Positions 28,690 through 37,171 of a DNA stretch of 64,000 nt are shown one piece after another. Each line of letters begins with the position of its first letter. Within the stretch, counting starts at the first letter, position 1. Below the pieces are notes generated by a model. It saw only the letters and a list, made by a program, of their open reading frames with translations. It had not been told where the DNA came from and ran no database searches. The position numbers and the translations under genes were made by a program. The DNA comes from Dehalococcoidia bacterium (lineage in GTDB: Bacteria; Chloroflexota; Dehalococcoidia; Lucifugimonadales; UBA3495), in NCBI GenBank assembly GCA_022451945.1, contig JAKUNK010000008.1:44195-108194 (forward strand). Direction: 5' to 3'.

Positions 28690-29868
28690 ATGTCACGCGA
28701 AGTGTTGTTCTTCACCGAGATGGGGTACACCGCATACCCGCAAGACCAGGCCAAGAAACTTGGCTACAACAACCTCATGTTCCCCAACGAGTTCTTCAGT
28801 CCCGAAAAAGCTCAGGAGCTCTACTCGATGTATTTCGAGGAGCTCCAGTACTGCAGCGAGTCCGGTTTCGATGGCGTCATGATCAATGAGCACCACAACA
28901 ATCCTCTTTGCATGATGCCCTCGGTGAACGTGATTGGCTCAGTACTCGCCCGAACCACCAAGAAAGGCAAGATCGCTTTCTTGGGCAACGTCTTACCCAT
29001 TCACGAGAACCCCCTCCGAATCGCCGAAGAGATCGCAATGATCGACATACTCTCCGGAGGCCGTGTGGTGTGCGGATTCGTACGAGGAATAGGCCAGGAG
29101 AGCATCGCCACCAACACTAATCCGGTTTATAACCGGGAGCGGTTCGATGAAGCCCATAACGTCATCATCAAGGCCTGGACCAACCCCGGCCCGTTTCGCT
29201 ACGAGGGAAAGCACTATCAATACCGGGTGGTTAACCCCTGGGTGATGCCGTTACAGAAACCTCATCCGCCTATTTGGATTCCCGGCGTGGCATCCACAGA
29301 ATCGGTGGTCTGGGCAGCCAAGCACAAATATCCGTACGTGGCCTTAGCCCCGCCAGTGGACTTGCTCAAAGGTATCTATGAGCTTTATGACGAGACCGCC
29401 AAGGCCGACGGCTGGGCACCTACGTCAGAACACCGGGCCTACGCGGTCCGAATAAACGTTGCCGACACTGATGAAAAGGCCTACGAAGAGGGCAAGAACT
29501 TCTATTGGCAACTGGGGACTTCGTTCGGAATCACGCCGCCCCATTGGCAGGCGCCTCCAGGATACATCTCCAGATCATCAGCCCAGAGTGCACGGGAGGC
29601 AGCCCGGACGGCAGCTTCCAACATCACTCCCGGCGGACCCGGCCTGCCCTACGATGAGGCTCAGGAGACAGTCCAAATCATAACTGGCAATCCCGACACA
29701 GTCACCAAAAAGCTCAAGAGGATTATTGACCTCATCAACCCGGGCACTATAGTGCTCTGGGGCCGGGAGGGCCCCATGTCCCACAAGATAGCCATGCGCA
29801 ACATAGACCTCCTAAGCCAAGAAGTCATCCCAGCCATCAAGGAATACCAAGCGGTTCAACAGGGCTAA
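28690..29868 (+). CDS. LLM-class flavin-dependent monooxygenase, paralogue 3
   Basis: ORF 28624..29868. ATG 28690 follows TAGGAGG at 28677-28683 (392 aa). Shares long blocks with 903..2036 (EEIAM-D-LSGGR, TNPVYNRERF, GKHYQYR-VNPW, QKPHPP). Confidence 0.85.
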   Translation: MSREVLFFTEMGYTAYPQDQAKKLGYNNLMFPNEFFSPEKAQELYSMYFEELQYCSESGFDGVMINEHHNNPLCMMPSVNVIGSVLARTTKKGKIAFLGNVLPIHENPLRIAEEIAMIDILSGGRVVCGFVRGIGQESIATNTNPVYNRERFDEAHNVIIKAWTNPGPFRYEGKHYQYRVVNPWVMPLQKPHPPIWIPGVASTESVVWAAKHKYPYVALAPPVDLLKGIYELYDETAKADGWAPTSEHRAYAVRINVADTDEKAYEEGKNFYWQLGTSFGITPPHWQAPPGYISRSSAQSAREAARTAASNITPGGPGLPYDEAQETVQIITGNPDTVTKKLKRIIDLINPGTIVLWGREGPMSHKIAMRNIDLLSQEVIPAIKEYQAVQQG

Positions 29869-29923
29869 CAAACTAAAAGCCACTCTTCCGTAAAAGGCGG
29901 TTGAGGGGATTGCTCTACCAGAC

Positions 29924-29969
29924 AACATAAGGAGGGCCTCCTGATTAGCCGGGAGGCCCTCCTTATGTT
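29924..29969. terminator. 18-bp perfect inverted repeat between convergent genes (candidate bidirectional terminator)
   Basis: AACATAAGGAGGGCCTCC (29924-29941) pairs with GGAGGCCCTCCTTATGTT (29952-29969) across a 10-nt loop. No clear U-tract on either side. Confidence 0.6.
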
Positions 29970-29989
29970 CCTATATGTCAAAAGAATCT

Positions 29990-30325
29990 CTAATCCCCAG
30001 CGAAAACCACCAATTCTTCCTGATTGATCAAAGTGGCGTCGCGGCAGCGGCGCATGATCCGGAAGATGGTGCGCACAGTGACAGAAAAGCGCTCCGCGGC
30101 GTCTTCAACCGTCAAGTCATCTTGCTGCATAGCAGACCAGATCTTAAAGTCCCTGGCCAACCTCCGGTTGCGCTGAAACCAGGCCGGGTCATCGTATTTG
30201 CACTGAGGTAGTGGGCAGTCCAGGCAGGCACCAGAAACCTCACAACCCGTATCTTCGTAATGGTAAAATTCGGGCATGGCATCAAGAACAGGGCTGGAAA
30301 TGATCGGCCAATCTAAAGCGGTCAT
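29990..30325 (-). CDS. small Cys-rich helix-turn-helix protein (putative transcriptional regulator)
   Basis: ORF 29990..30343. ATG 30325 is preceded by GGAG (111 aa). N-terminal C-x6-C-x2-C-x4-C (GCEVSGACLDCPLPQC) and C-terminal HTH-like LTVEDAAERFSVTVRTIFRIMRR. Confidence 0.6.
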   Translation of the reverse strand: MTALDWPIISSPVLDAMPEFYHYEDTGCEVSGACLDCPLPQCKYDDPAWFQRNRRLARDFKIWSAMQQDDLTVEDAAERFSVTVRTIFRIMRRCRDATLINQEELVVFAGD

Positions 30326-30344
30326 GTCGGTACTCCAAAACAAA

Positions 30345-30408
30345 TGTTCTAATATTGCTTACTGAGTTTAGAACACTTGTTCTGCAGATGTCAACTGTTT
30401 TCGAACAG
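30345..30408. promoter_or_regulatory. cluster of TGTTC/GAACA half-site inverted repeats (candidate operator)
   Basis: TGTTCTAA (30345-30352) / TTAGAACA (30368-30375). AGAACA-ct-TGTTCT palindrome (30370-30383). CTGTT-ttcg-AACAG (30395-30408). Located in the divergent intergenic region. Confidence 0.5.
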
Positions 30409-30486
30409 ATTTTCTGATTTCTTGAAATTCACGATCAACCACGCCTGGAAATTAAAACAAACTACGTATCGCATAGAGGTGGTCCA

Positions 30487-31299
30487 GTGCTCGAAACATC
30501 AACTGAAGAACCCCAAATCATTACAAAATACGAAACCATGATGTACAAAAGGCGGGATAATATCGCCTACATCATGCTTAACCGTCCTCAAGCACTGAAC
30601 GCAGTGAACGACCAGTTCGAAGAAGACCTGCACTCAGCCTTGCTGGAGTTTGATCTGGATGACGAAGCCTGGGTGGCCATAGTACACGGTGCAGGCCGGA
30701 GTTTCTGTGCTGGGGCCGACATCAAGCAGCGTTTCGTGGCCATGACGCCGGAGCAGAGCGCACGGAGAGAGCGAGGGCCTAATCCCGAGGGCTACATGGG
30801 CCGCGCCATCAACTGGAAACCAATAATCGCAGCCGTCCACGGATACGCTCTGGGCGCAGGAATAGTCATAGCCGCGGAGTCCGATATGATAGTAGCCTCG
30901 GAGGACGCCAAATTCGGCATCACCGAGACCCGAAGGGGACTGCCCGGCGGTCGAATCTGGGCCAAGGTCAACGCCTTCATGCCATCCAAGATAGCCTCGG
31001 AGATGGTGATCACAGGGGAGCACATAGACGCGTCAGAACTGTACCGGCTGGGCCTTATTAACCGCCTGGTACCGACCGGCGAGCACGTCAGAGCCGCTGA
31101 GGAACTGGCTAAGAAGGTTCTAAAATCGCCGCCACTGGCCACCAGGGCCGCGGTCAAGTTGACACGCCGTCAGTGGGTTCAGACCGGGGCCGAAGCCGAC
31201 ATGCAGATGCTGCCTCTCAAACTGCATCTGAGTGAGGATTTCAAAGAGGCCAGCCGGTCTTTCGTGGAAAAGAGAACCCCGAAATACCACGCCAAATAG
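30487..31299 (+). CDS. enoyl-CoA hydratase/isomerase (crotonase) family
   Basis: 270 aa. GTG 30487 follows AGAGGTGG. HGAGRSFCAGADIK and AVHGYALGAG motifs. Confidence 0.85.
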   Translation: MLETSTEEPQIITKYETMMYKRRDNIAYIMLNRPQALNAVNDQFEEDLHSALLEFDLDDEAWVAIVHGAGRSFCAGADIKQRFVAMTPEQSARRERGPNPEGYMGRAINWKPIIAAVHGYALGAGIVIAAESDMIVASEDAKFGITETRRGLPGGRIWAKVNAFMPSKIASEMVITGEHIDASELYRLGLINRLVPTGEHVRAAEELAKKVLKSPPLATRAAVKLTRRQWVQTGAEADMQMLPLKLHLSEDFKEASRSFVEKRTPKYHAK

Positions 31300-31390
31300 G
31301 TCGCAACGCCGCGTATTAATGTTGCTTTAACGTTGGGGAAGCCTTCGATATCTTTCCAAGGAAACACAGGGTCGGCGAGCCAGGTAATAA

Positions 31391-31588
31391 CTAAACGAAT
31401 TTCGCCATGACCTTCTCAGCGGATAGGTGGAACGACTTGGTAGCTACCTCGCCCTCCATACCTGTCCATTGGGAACGGAGTATCAGTTTATCCACCCCCA
31501 GATCTTTATACCTGTGGGTCTCTTCTAGGCACTCTTCAGGATTGCCAATGATAAAGCGGTCTTCAACTACCAGAGCCGATAAACGAGG
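31391..31588 (-). pseudogene. C-terminal remnant of an LLM-class oxidoreductase gene
   Basis: 65 codons open between TGA (31589-31591) and TAG (31391-31393) with no start codon. The translation ..VVEDRFIIGNPEECLEETHRYKDLGVDKLILRS..TKSFHLSAEKVMAKFV parallels the C-terminus of the 10209..11378 product (IVGSPDDCIEAINKL..LRSYELMARYVMPQF). Confidence 0.6.
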
Positions 31589-31598
31589 TCATTGGACA

Positions 31599-31919
31599 TC
31601 AAGCCCACGAGTCACGACGACCCAACACTAACCCGTTCTCCAGTTCAAGCTCCGCTTTGAGGTTCCGGAAAAACAAGAACTTCTTGCTGTCGATGTTCAT
31701 TGTGGTGGTGTGCTGGGCCAAGTTGGGTGGGATGAACAACTCCACACCGTCCTGTTTTATCTTGCGGTACGGGGAGACGTCGCGACGGGAGAGTCGGGTA
31801 TCGACCGATACCTCAGTGGAGTTGCCGCCTCAAGATGTGAACGAAAGCAGGTCGACGGCCGCCTGACCGCCTTTGCTCTGGATATGGTGAACGGCTTCTG
31901 GTGTCAGGTTAATCTGCAT
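31599..31919 (-). CDS. candidate selenoprotein, small HesB/IscA-like or 'CC/Se-motif'-like protein (Sec at codon 30)
   Basis: ATG 31919 is preceded by GAGAGG (31930..31925). In-frame TGA at 31832..31830 and stop TGA at 31601..31599. Conceptual 106 aa: MQINLTPEAVHHIQSKGGQAAVDLLSFTS-U-GGNSTEVSVDTRLSRRDVSPYRKIKQDGVELFIPPNLAQHTTTMNIDSKKFLFFRNLKAELELENGLVLGRRDSWA. The frame stays open for 76 codons after the TGA, and the first ATG comes 44 codons downstream. Confidence 0.6.
31797..31812 (-). promoter_or_regulatory. candidate bacterial SECIS apical hairpin
   Basis: On the mRNA: UGA, then 17 nt, then GGUAUC-GGUC-GAUACC (6-bp perfect stem, GGUC tetraloop). Confidence 0.5.
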
Positions 31920-32007
31920 CGGAACCTCTCAGGCTGGTCGCCTTCTCCGGCGTGGTTGCCGTTAACTTATGATGCGCTAACTGCGGTCAAGCTTCAATCC
32001 CTGGGAG

Positions 32008-32586
32008 TTAGTTCTTGAGCTTTAGGATCAAGCTGTTGCGCGCGTCCAAGCTGGCCGGGTGGACAGTCTCTCTTTTTTCGAGCCGCACGGCCATCTCACG
32101 GGATAGGAATTCCAGCAGCGCCAGGTCCAGACTCTCTAGTGCCATATCATGCAGCTTGGCTTGGTAGGAGTAGACGGCCGCTTTATGTGGGTCCAACTTG
32201 TCGGCCAAAAACACCAGCTTGCCCAGATCGTCCAGAGAAGCATGGGCGGTTGAATGCCAGCGCACCGCCTCACAGAGACTGTGTTCAGCAAGCTCTTCTT
32301 CCATGCGTAGGAGTTCAGCACCAACCGGGCCGTGGAGCAGGAGAGGAAAATCCCGTTCCACATCGGTCACTAACACTCCCAGGTCAGCGGACATCTTCAG
32401 GAGCTCATCCCCTGGAACGGCTCGACATACGTCATGTGCCAGAGCGCCCAGTTCGGCACGGTCTAAGGGAATGCCGTGACGAGAGGCCAACTCCATAGCC
32501 ACGTCACGGACGCGATATATATGTGCCTGCAGTCCGTCGGGCAGGCCCTCCAGGCGGTTCTGGAGGCTTTGAAGCAAGTCGGTCAC
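32008..32586 (-). CDS. HD-domain phosphohydrolase (YqeK-like)
   Basis: ORF 32008..32688 would overlap the HIT gene by 77 nt. The in-frame GTG 32586 gives 192 aa. H..HD motif (LGALAHDVCR). Start uncertain. Confidence 0.65.
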   Translation of the reverse strand: MTDLLQSLQNRLEGLPDGLQAHIYRVRDVAMELASRHGIPLDRAELGALAHDVCRAVPGDELLKMSADLGVLVTDVERDFPLLLHGPVGAELLRMEEELAEHSLCEAVRWHSTAHASLDDLGKLVFLADKLDPHKAAVYSYQAKLHDMALESLDLALLEFLSREMAVRLEKRETVHPASLDARNSLILKLKN

Positions 32587-32611
32587 TGCAGTAACTGTTA
32601 GACCGGGCGGC

Positions 32612-32962
32612 CTAGCCCATAGCTCCCAATTTCTTGCCGCCCAGGAGGTGCATGTGGGGATGAGGAATCTCCTGGCCCGAGTCATCACCCTGGTTTAACA
32701 CCAGTCGGTATCCACTGAGGGTGATACCTTCGCGCCGGGCAATCTCTTCCGCTACCACGAACATGTGACCCATGATGGGCACCTGTCCTGGGCCGACGTA
32801 GGCCAATGACGCTATATGCATATTAGGGACGATAAGCATATGCACGGGGGCCTTGGGGTTGATGTCTTTTACGGCAAAAACCCGGTCGTCCCGGTAAACC
32901 GGGGCAGCGTGCATAGGGTCTTGCGCCATGTTGCAGAAAACACATTCTGTAGTGGTGGTCAT
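32612..32962 (-). CDS. HIT (histidine triad) family nucleotide hydrolase/transferase
   Basis: 116 aa. CVFC N-terminus and HPHMHLLGG histidine triad. Confidence 0.9.
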   Translation of the reverse strand: MTTTTECVFCNMAQDPMHAAPVYRDDRVFAVKDINPKAPVHMLIVPNMHIASLAYVGPGQVPIMGHMFVVAEEIARREGITLSGYRLVLNQGDDSGQEIPHPHMHLLGGKKLGAMG

Positions 32963-32992
32963 GCCTTGTTCGCCTCCGGGGTGCGGTAATTC

Positions 32993-34129
32993 TTACTCAT
33001 CGTCTAGGTGCTGCAATGCAACCTCTTTGTGATGGTTGACGTCACCATACGTCAGTTCGTGGACCTTAGCCCGCCGGGTATATAGCTGCAAGTCGTGTTC
33101 TTTTGTGAACCCAATGGCGCCGTGGCACTGGTGGGCAGTGCCGCATACACGACGGTATGCTGGGCCGATCCAGGCCTTCGCCATCGCTACTTCTTTCTGG
33201 GCCGACAAGCCCTCCGACAGCCGCCAGACCGCCTGGTAAGCGATATTCTTCGAGCCTTCGACGTCGGTGGCCATGCGCGCGCAGTGGTGTTGAACCGCCT
33301 GGAAACTGCCAATGGCACGGCCGAATTGGGTGCGGCCTTTAGCGTATTCGACGGTCATGTCCAGCACTGCCTCGGCCCCGCCCAGCATCTCGATGCATTG
33401 GGCCGCCGTGGCTCTCATGATGCTCTGTTCGACGATGGGCCAACCCTGACCCACAGGACCGAGTACCGCATCCGCAGGCACGTTGACCTTGTCCAGGTTG
33501 ACTTCAAACACCCGCTCATTACCTATCGACTGCATCGGTGATATATTCAGTCCATTGGTCCCGGAAGGCACCAAGAACAGGGATATGCCATCAGCAGGAT
33601 CAGAACTTGACAAGGTGCGCGCTGCCACTATGACCACGTCGGATGCCTCAGCATCGGGCACGAACAACTTGGTGCCGCTGATCTCGTAACCACCACCTTT
33701 CTGATTGGCAGTAGCCTTGATGCCCCAGGGTTCATAGGTCGCACTGTCCTCTGAAACAGCCATAGTCATAATTATGGTCCCGGCGCATATGCGGCTGATC
33801 AATTCGTCTTTCTGAGCGTCCGAACCGGCGTCTAAGACGGTCATTCCGCCCAGCACCACGGTGGAGAAGAATGGTGAAGGCGCTAGAGAGCGGCCAATCT
33901 CTTCCAACAACACTCCCAGGTCGGCGAAATTGCCGCCAGTGCCCCCATACTGTTCAGGGAACGCCACGCCGGTCCAACCAAGTCCAACCATCTGACGCCA
34001 CAGTTCATCAGTGAATCCCCGTGAGTCCTCCTCCATCTCCCGAACAAGAGTCAGGGGGCATTCTCGGGACAAAAAATCCTGGGCGCTGGTCTTCAGCATC
34101 TGCTGTATCTCGGATAGACCCAGGTCCAT
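32993..34129 (-). CDS. acyl-CoA dehydrogenase
   Basis: 378 aa. ACAD N/M/C domain pattern with RTQFGRAIGSFQAVQH and GGAIGFTKEH-type blocks. Confidence 0.85.
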   Translation of the reverse strand: MDLGLSEIQQMLKTSAQDFLSRECPLTLVREMEEDSRGFTDELWRQMVGLGWTGVAFPEQYGGTGGNFADLGVLLEEIGRSLAPSPFFSTVVLGGMTVLDAGSDAQKDELISRICAGTIIMTMAVSEDSATYEPWGIKATANQKGGGYEISGTKLFVPDAEASDVVIVAARTLSSSDPADGISLFLVPSGTNGLNISPMQSIGNERVFEVNLDKVNVPADAVLGPVGQGWPIVEQSIMRATAAQCIEMLGGAEAVLDMTVEYAKGRTQFGRAIGSFQAVQHHCARMATDVEGSKNIAYQAVWRLSEGLSAQKEVAMAKAWIGPAYRRVCGTAHQCHGAIGFTKEHDLQLYTRRAKVHELTYGDVNHHKEVALQHLDDE

Positions 34130-34319
34130 GTTATTCCTCCAGAATTTCTACTGGTCAGCTTGAGCGCGGATAGTATAGCCCATCGCCTGGTACGTGGGTA
34201 GGGGTTCTGGCTTTCCAGACTACCACCGCTGATGATAATCATGTCGAACCAGGGTCTCAGTTAAACCACAGTTTTTTTACAGGCTCAATATAAGCCGTTA
34301 AAAGGCGTGTAAGAGCTAT

Positions 34320-34706
34320 CTATGCCTTGGACGGCTCCACTTCCACCACTATCTCAACGGGCGTGTTGCGGGCCACGATTATCTCCAGGTCATTCGAACC
34401 ATCATTCACCGGTTGGTGAACGGCTCCAGCAGGCACATAGATAAAATCTCCAGGTCCGATCGGTAGTTCGGTGTCCAAGTTATCACCAATCACGAAACGG
34501 CCCTTCCCTTTGACCACATAGATGGCTGATTCGCAATTCACATGGTAGTGCGGACTCGAGGCGCAATGGGGAGGGATCGTGGCCACGGCTAAGTGGATGC
34601 CCGTGGAACCTGTCAGGGCTTCGGACACTCCGGCCAGTCTGGTCATCGCCCCAGACTGAATCTCAACTTCCAGACCGTCTGGATGCACTACTTTGATCTC
34701 GCCCAT
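34320..34706 (-). CDS. cupin-domain protein
   Basis: 128 aa. HYHVNCESAIYVVKG and GDFIYVPAGAVH cupin motifs. Confidence 0.75.
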   Translation of the reverse strand: MGEIKVVHPDGLEVEIQSGAMTRLAGVSEALTGSTGIHLAVATIPPHCASSPHYHVNCESAIYVVKGKGRFVIGDNLDTELPIGPGDFIYVPAGAVHQPVNDGSNDLEIIVARNTPVEIVVEVEPSKA

Positions 34707-34728
34707 CTCAATCTCCGTTCGTTAGTGG

Positions 34729-35895
34729 CTAGAGGGTGCGGACCATCTTGTCCAACTGGCTGATGGCCTTTTGAATATTGTCTTGAGAATTGGCATAGGA
34801 TAGCCGTACATACCCCTCGCCGTACTTGCCGAAGGCGCTGCCGGACAGTAAAGCAACTCCCGCCTCGTTCATTGCCCTGGTCTCGAATTCCATGCTGGTC
34901 AGCCCAGTTTCTTGGATGCTAGGGAAGGCGTAGAACGCCCCCTCCGGCTCCGGGCAATTGATGCCTGGAATACTACGCAGTCCATCAGTTATCAGCCTGC
35001 GTCGGATGCCGAACTCAGCCACCATGGCTTCGACTTCGTCCCTTGGGCCTTCCAGCGCGGCCACCGCTGCCTTCTGGGTAAAGGACGCGGCGCAAGAGAC
35101 GCTGTTTACAGCTAGCTTCACCACGTGGGGAATCAATTCTTCGGGGAGGATCCCATAGCCCATCCGCCAGCCGGTCATAGCGTAGCTCTTTGAGAATCCA
35201 TCCAGGATTATGGTGCGTTCCTGCATGCCCGGTATGGACGAGATACTGTAGTGTTCACCGGTGTAGAGGATGTCTTTGTATATCTCATCGGCCAACACAT
35301 ACAGATCCGGATGCTGCATTACAACCCTTGCGATGGTCTCTAGTTCTTGCTTGGTCAGGGCTGACCCGCAGGGGTTCTCCGGCGAGTTCAGGATGATCAG
35401 CCGAGTTTGGTCAGTAATCATTCCTGGCAGCGCATCCAAGTCGGGATGGTAGTCCTTCTCTTCCAGAAGTTGCATGGGAACCGGAGTGGCTCCGGCGAAC
35501 TTGATCATGGACTCGTAGATTGGGAATCCTGGATTCGGGTAAATGACTTCCACGCCGGGTTCGGCCAATGCCAACAGAACGTAGAACATGATGGGTTTTG
35601 CACCAGGCGTCACCACCACATTGGCCGGGTCGGTGTTGGTACCTCGTACTTCACGGCTGTTCCGTGCGATGGCCTCCCGCAGGTCGGGCAACCCGGCAGT
35701 TGGTCCGTAATGAGTGAAACCGTCGCTGATAGCCTGCATGCCCGCCTCGACGATATGCCTAGGAGTTTCGAAATCGGGCTCTCCGATCTCTAAGTGGATT
35801 ATTTCTTTACCCTCGGCTTCTAGAGCCCGGGCCTTAGCCAGCACTTCAAAAGCCGATTCAGTGCCCAGATCATTCATGCGGGCGGCGACTGTCAT
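34729..35895 (-). CDS. class I PLP-dependent aminotransferase (aspartate/aromatic type)
   Basis: 388 aa. FSKSYAMTGWRMGY (PLP-Lys) and NSPENPCG motifs. Confidence 0.85.
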   Translation of the reverse strand: MTVAARMNDLGTESAFEVLAKARALEAEGKEIIHLEIGEPDFETPRHIVEAGMQAISDGFTHYGPTAGLPDLREAIARNSREVRGTNTDPANVVVTPGAKPIMFYVLLALAEPGVEVIYPNPGFPIYESMIKFAGATPVPMQLLEEKDYHPDLDALPGMITDQTRLIILNSPENPCGSALTKQELETIARVVMQHPDLYVLADEIYKDILYTGEHYSISSIPGMQERTIILDGFSKSYAMTGWRMGYGILPEELIPHVVKLAVNSVSCAASFTQKAAVAALEGPRDEVEAMVAEFGIRRRLITDGLRSIPGINCPEPEGAFYAFPSIQETGLTSMEFETRAMNEAGVALLSGSAFGKYGEGYVRLSYANSQDNIQKAISQLDKMVRTL

Positions 35896-35957
35896 TGGTC
35901 CTCCAGGAACGTGGTACTACAAAAGTGGGGAACTCGGCTATGGAAAGAACCAGAGGA

Positions 35958-37148
35958 TCAATCCGACTGGACCTGGTTCTCAGTCTTTACCGACAGGCCG
36001 TAGATCTTGATGAATCCTTCGGCAGAGCCGTGGTCAAACTCGTCCGAGCGGTCATACGTCGCCAGCCCATGATTATACAATGCCTTGGGCGCCTGGCGGC
36101 CAACTACCGTGGCAGTACCCTTATGCAAGCGCACTCGGATATCACCGGTTACAAACCGCTGGGTACTCTGGACGTAGGAATTTAGGTCTGCCCGGTGGGC
36201 TGTGAACCACAGCCCGTTATAGACCACGTCGGCGTATTCCAAAGCGATACGAGCCTTGGTTCGAGCCTGGTCTTTGGTCAAGGTCATGGCTTCCAAAGCG
36301 GTGTGGGCAGTGTGCAGGAGTGTGGCCGCCGGGCATTCGTATATCTCACGCGACTTGATGCCCACTAACCTGTTCTCAACGTGGTCGATGCGCCCGATAC
36401 CGTGGGTGCCTGCTACGGTGTTCAGGTGATTGATCAGATCAGTCCCTGCCATGCGCTCGCCGTCCAACGACTTGGGCACGCCACACTCGAAATGGACTTC
36501 AACGTAGGTTGGGTCGTCAGGTGTCGCCTTCACCGCGTTGGTCCAGGCGTAGGCATCTTCAGGAGGTTCTAGCCAAGGGTCTTCTAATTCTCCTGCCTCT
36601 ACGCTCCTGCCCCACAGGTTTTCGTCAGTGGAGAATCGGCTGCGATTAGCGTTGATGGGCAGGTTCCGCGCCTGACCATACTCGATTTCGTCATCACGGC
36701 TCATGCCCCAGTCACGAATAGGAGCAATGACCTCTATGTCTGGCCCCAAGGAAGCAACACCGACTTCCAGCCTAACTTGATCGTTACCCTTGCCAGTGCA
36801 GCCGTGGGCGATAGCGTACGCGCCGTGCTCCTTGGCCGCCTCCACCAAGTACCGAGCGATAAGCGGACGGCCCAGTGCTGTGGCCAGAGGATACTGTTCT
36901 TCATATACCGTCCCTGCTTGGAGTGACGGGAAAAGAAACTCATTGACCAGGGTATCCCGACCATCGACGGTCAGAGCTTCCACCGCACCAATACTTAGCG
37001 CTCTCTGGCGGATGGACTCCAGATCTACCATACCCAGGTCAATAGTGAGGGTTATTATGTCTGCGTCGTACTTTTCCTGTAGCCAAGGGACAGCCACCGT
37101 TGTATCCAATCCCCCGCTGTAAGCCAACACTATCTTTGGTCTTGCCAT
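35958..37148 (-). CDS. argG: argininosuccinate synthase
   Basis: 396 aa. IVLAYSGGLDTTV, AHGCTGKGNDQVR and FSTDENLWGRS motifs. Confidence 0.95.
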   Translation of the reverse strand: MARPKIVLAYSGGLDTTVAVPWLQEKYDADIITLTIDLGMVDLESIRQRALSIGAVEALTVDGRDTLVNEFLFPSLQAGTVYEEQYPLATALGRPLIARYLVEAAKEHGAYAIAHGCTGKGNDQVRLEVGVASLGPDIEVIAPIRDWGMSRDDEIEYGQARNLPINANRSRFSTDENLWGRSVEAGELEDPWLEPPEDAYAWTNAVKATPDDPTYVEVHFECGVPKSLDGERMAGTDLINHLNTVAGTHGIGRIDHVENRLVGIKSREIYECPAATLLHTAHTALEAMTLTKDQARTKARIALEYADVVYNGLWFTAHRADLNSYVQSTQRFVTGDIRVRLHKGTATVVGRQAPKALYNHGLATYDRSDEFDHGSAEGFIKIYGLSVKTENQVQSD

Positions 37149-37171
37149 TATATGATTCTATCCGTCCGGTA

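Noticed and set aside
10161-29868. N-terminal extensions offered by the ORF track (10161, 11263, 16715..17836, 21646, 26862, 28624, 4519, 867, 56639, 57914).
   Set aside because: In each case an internal ATG with a good GGAG-type SD gives a family-typical N-terminus. Several of the extensions would overlap neighbouring genes.
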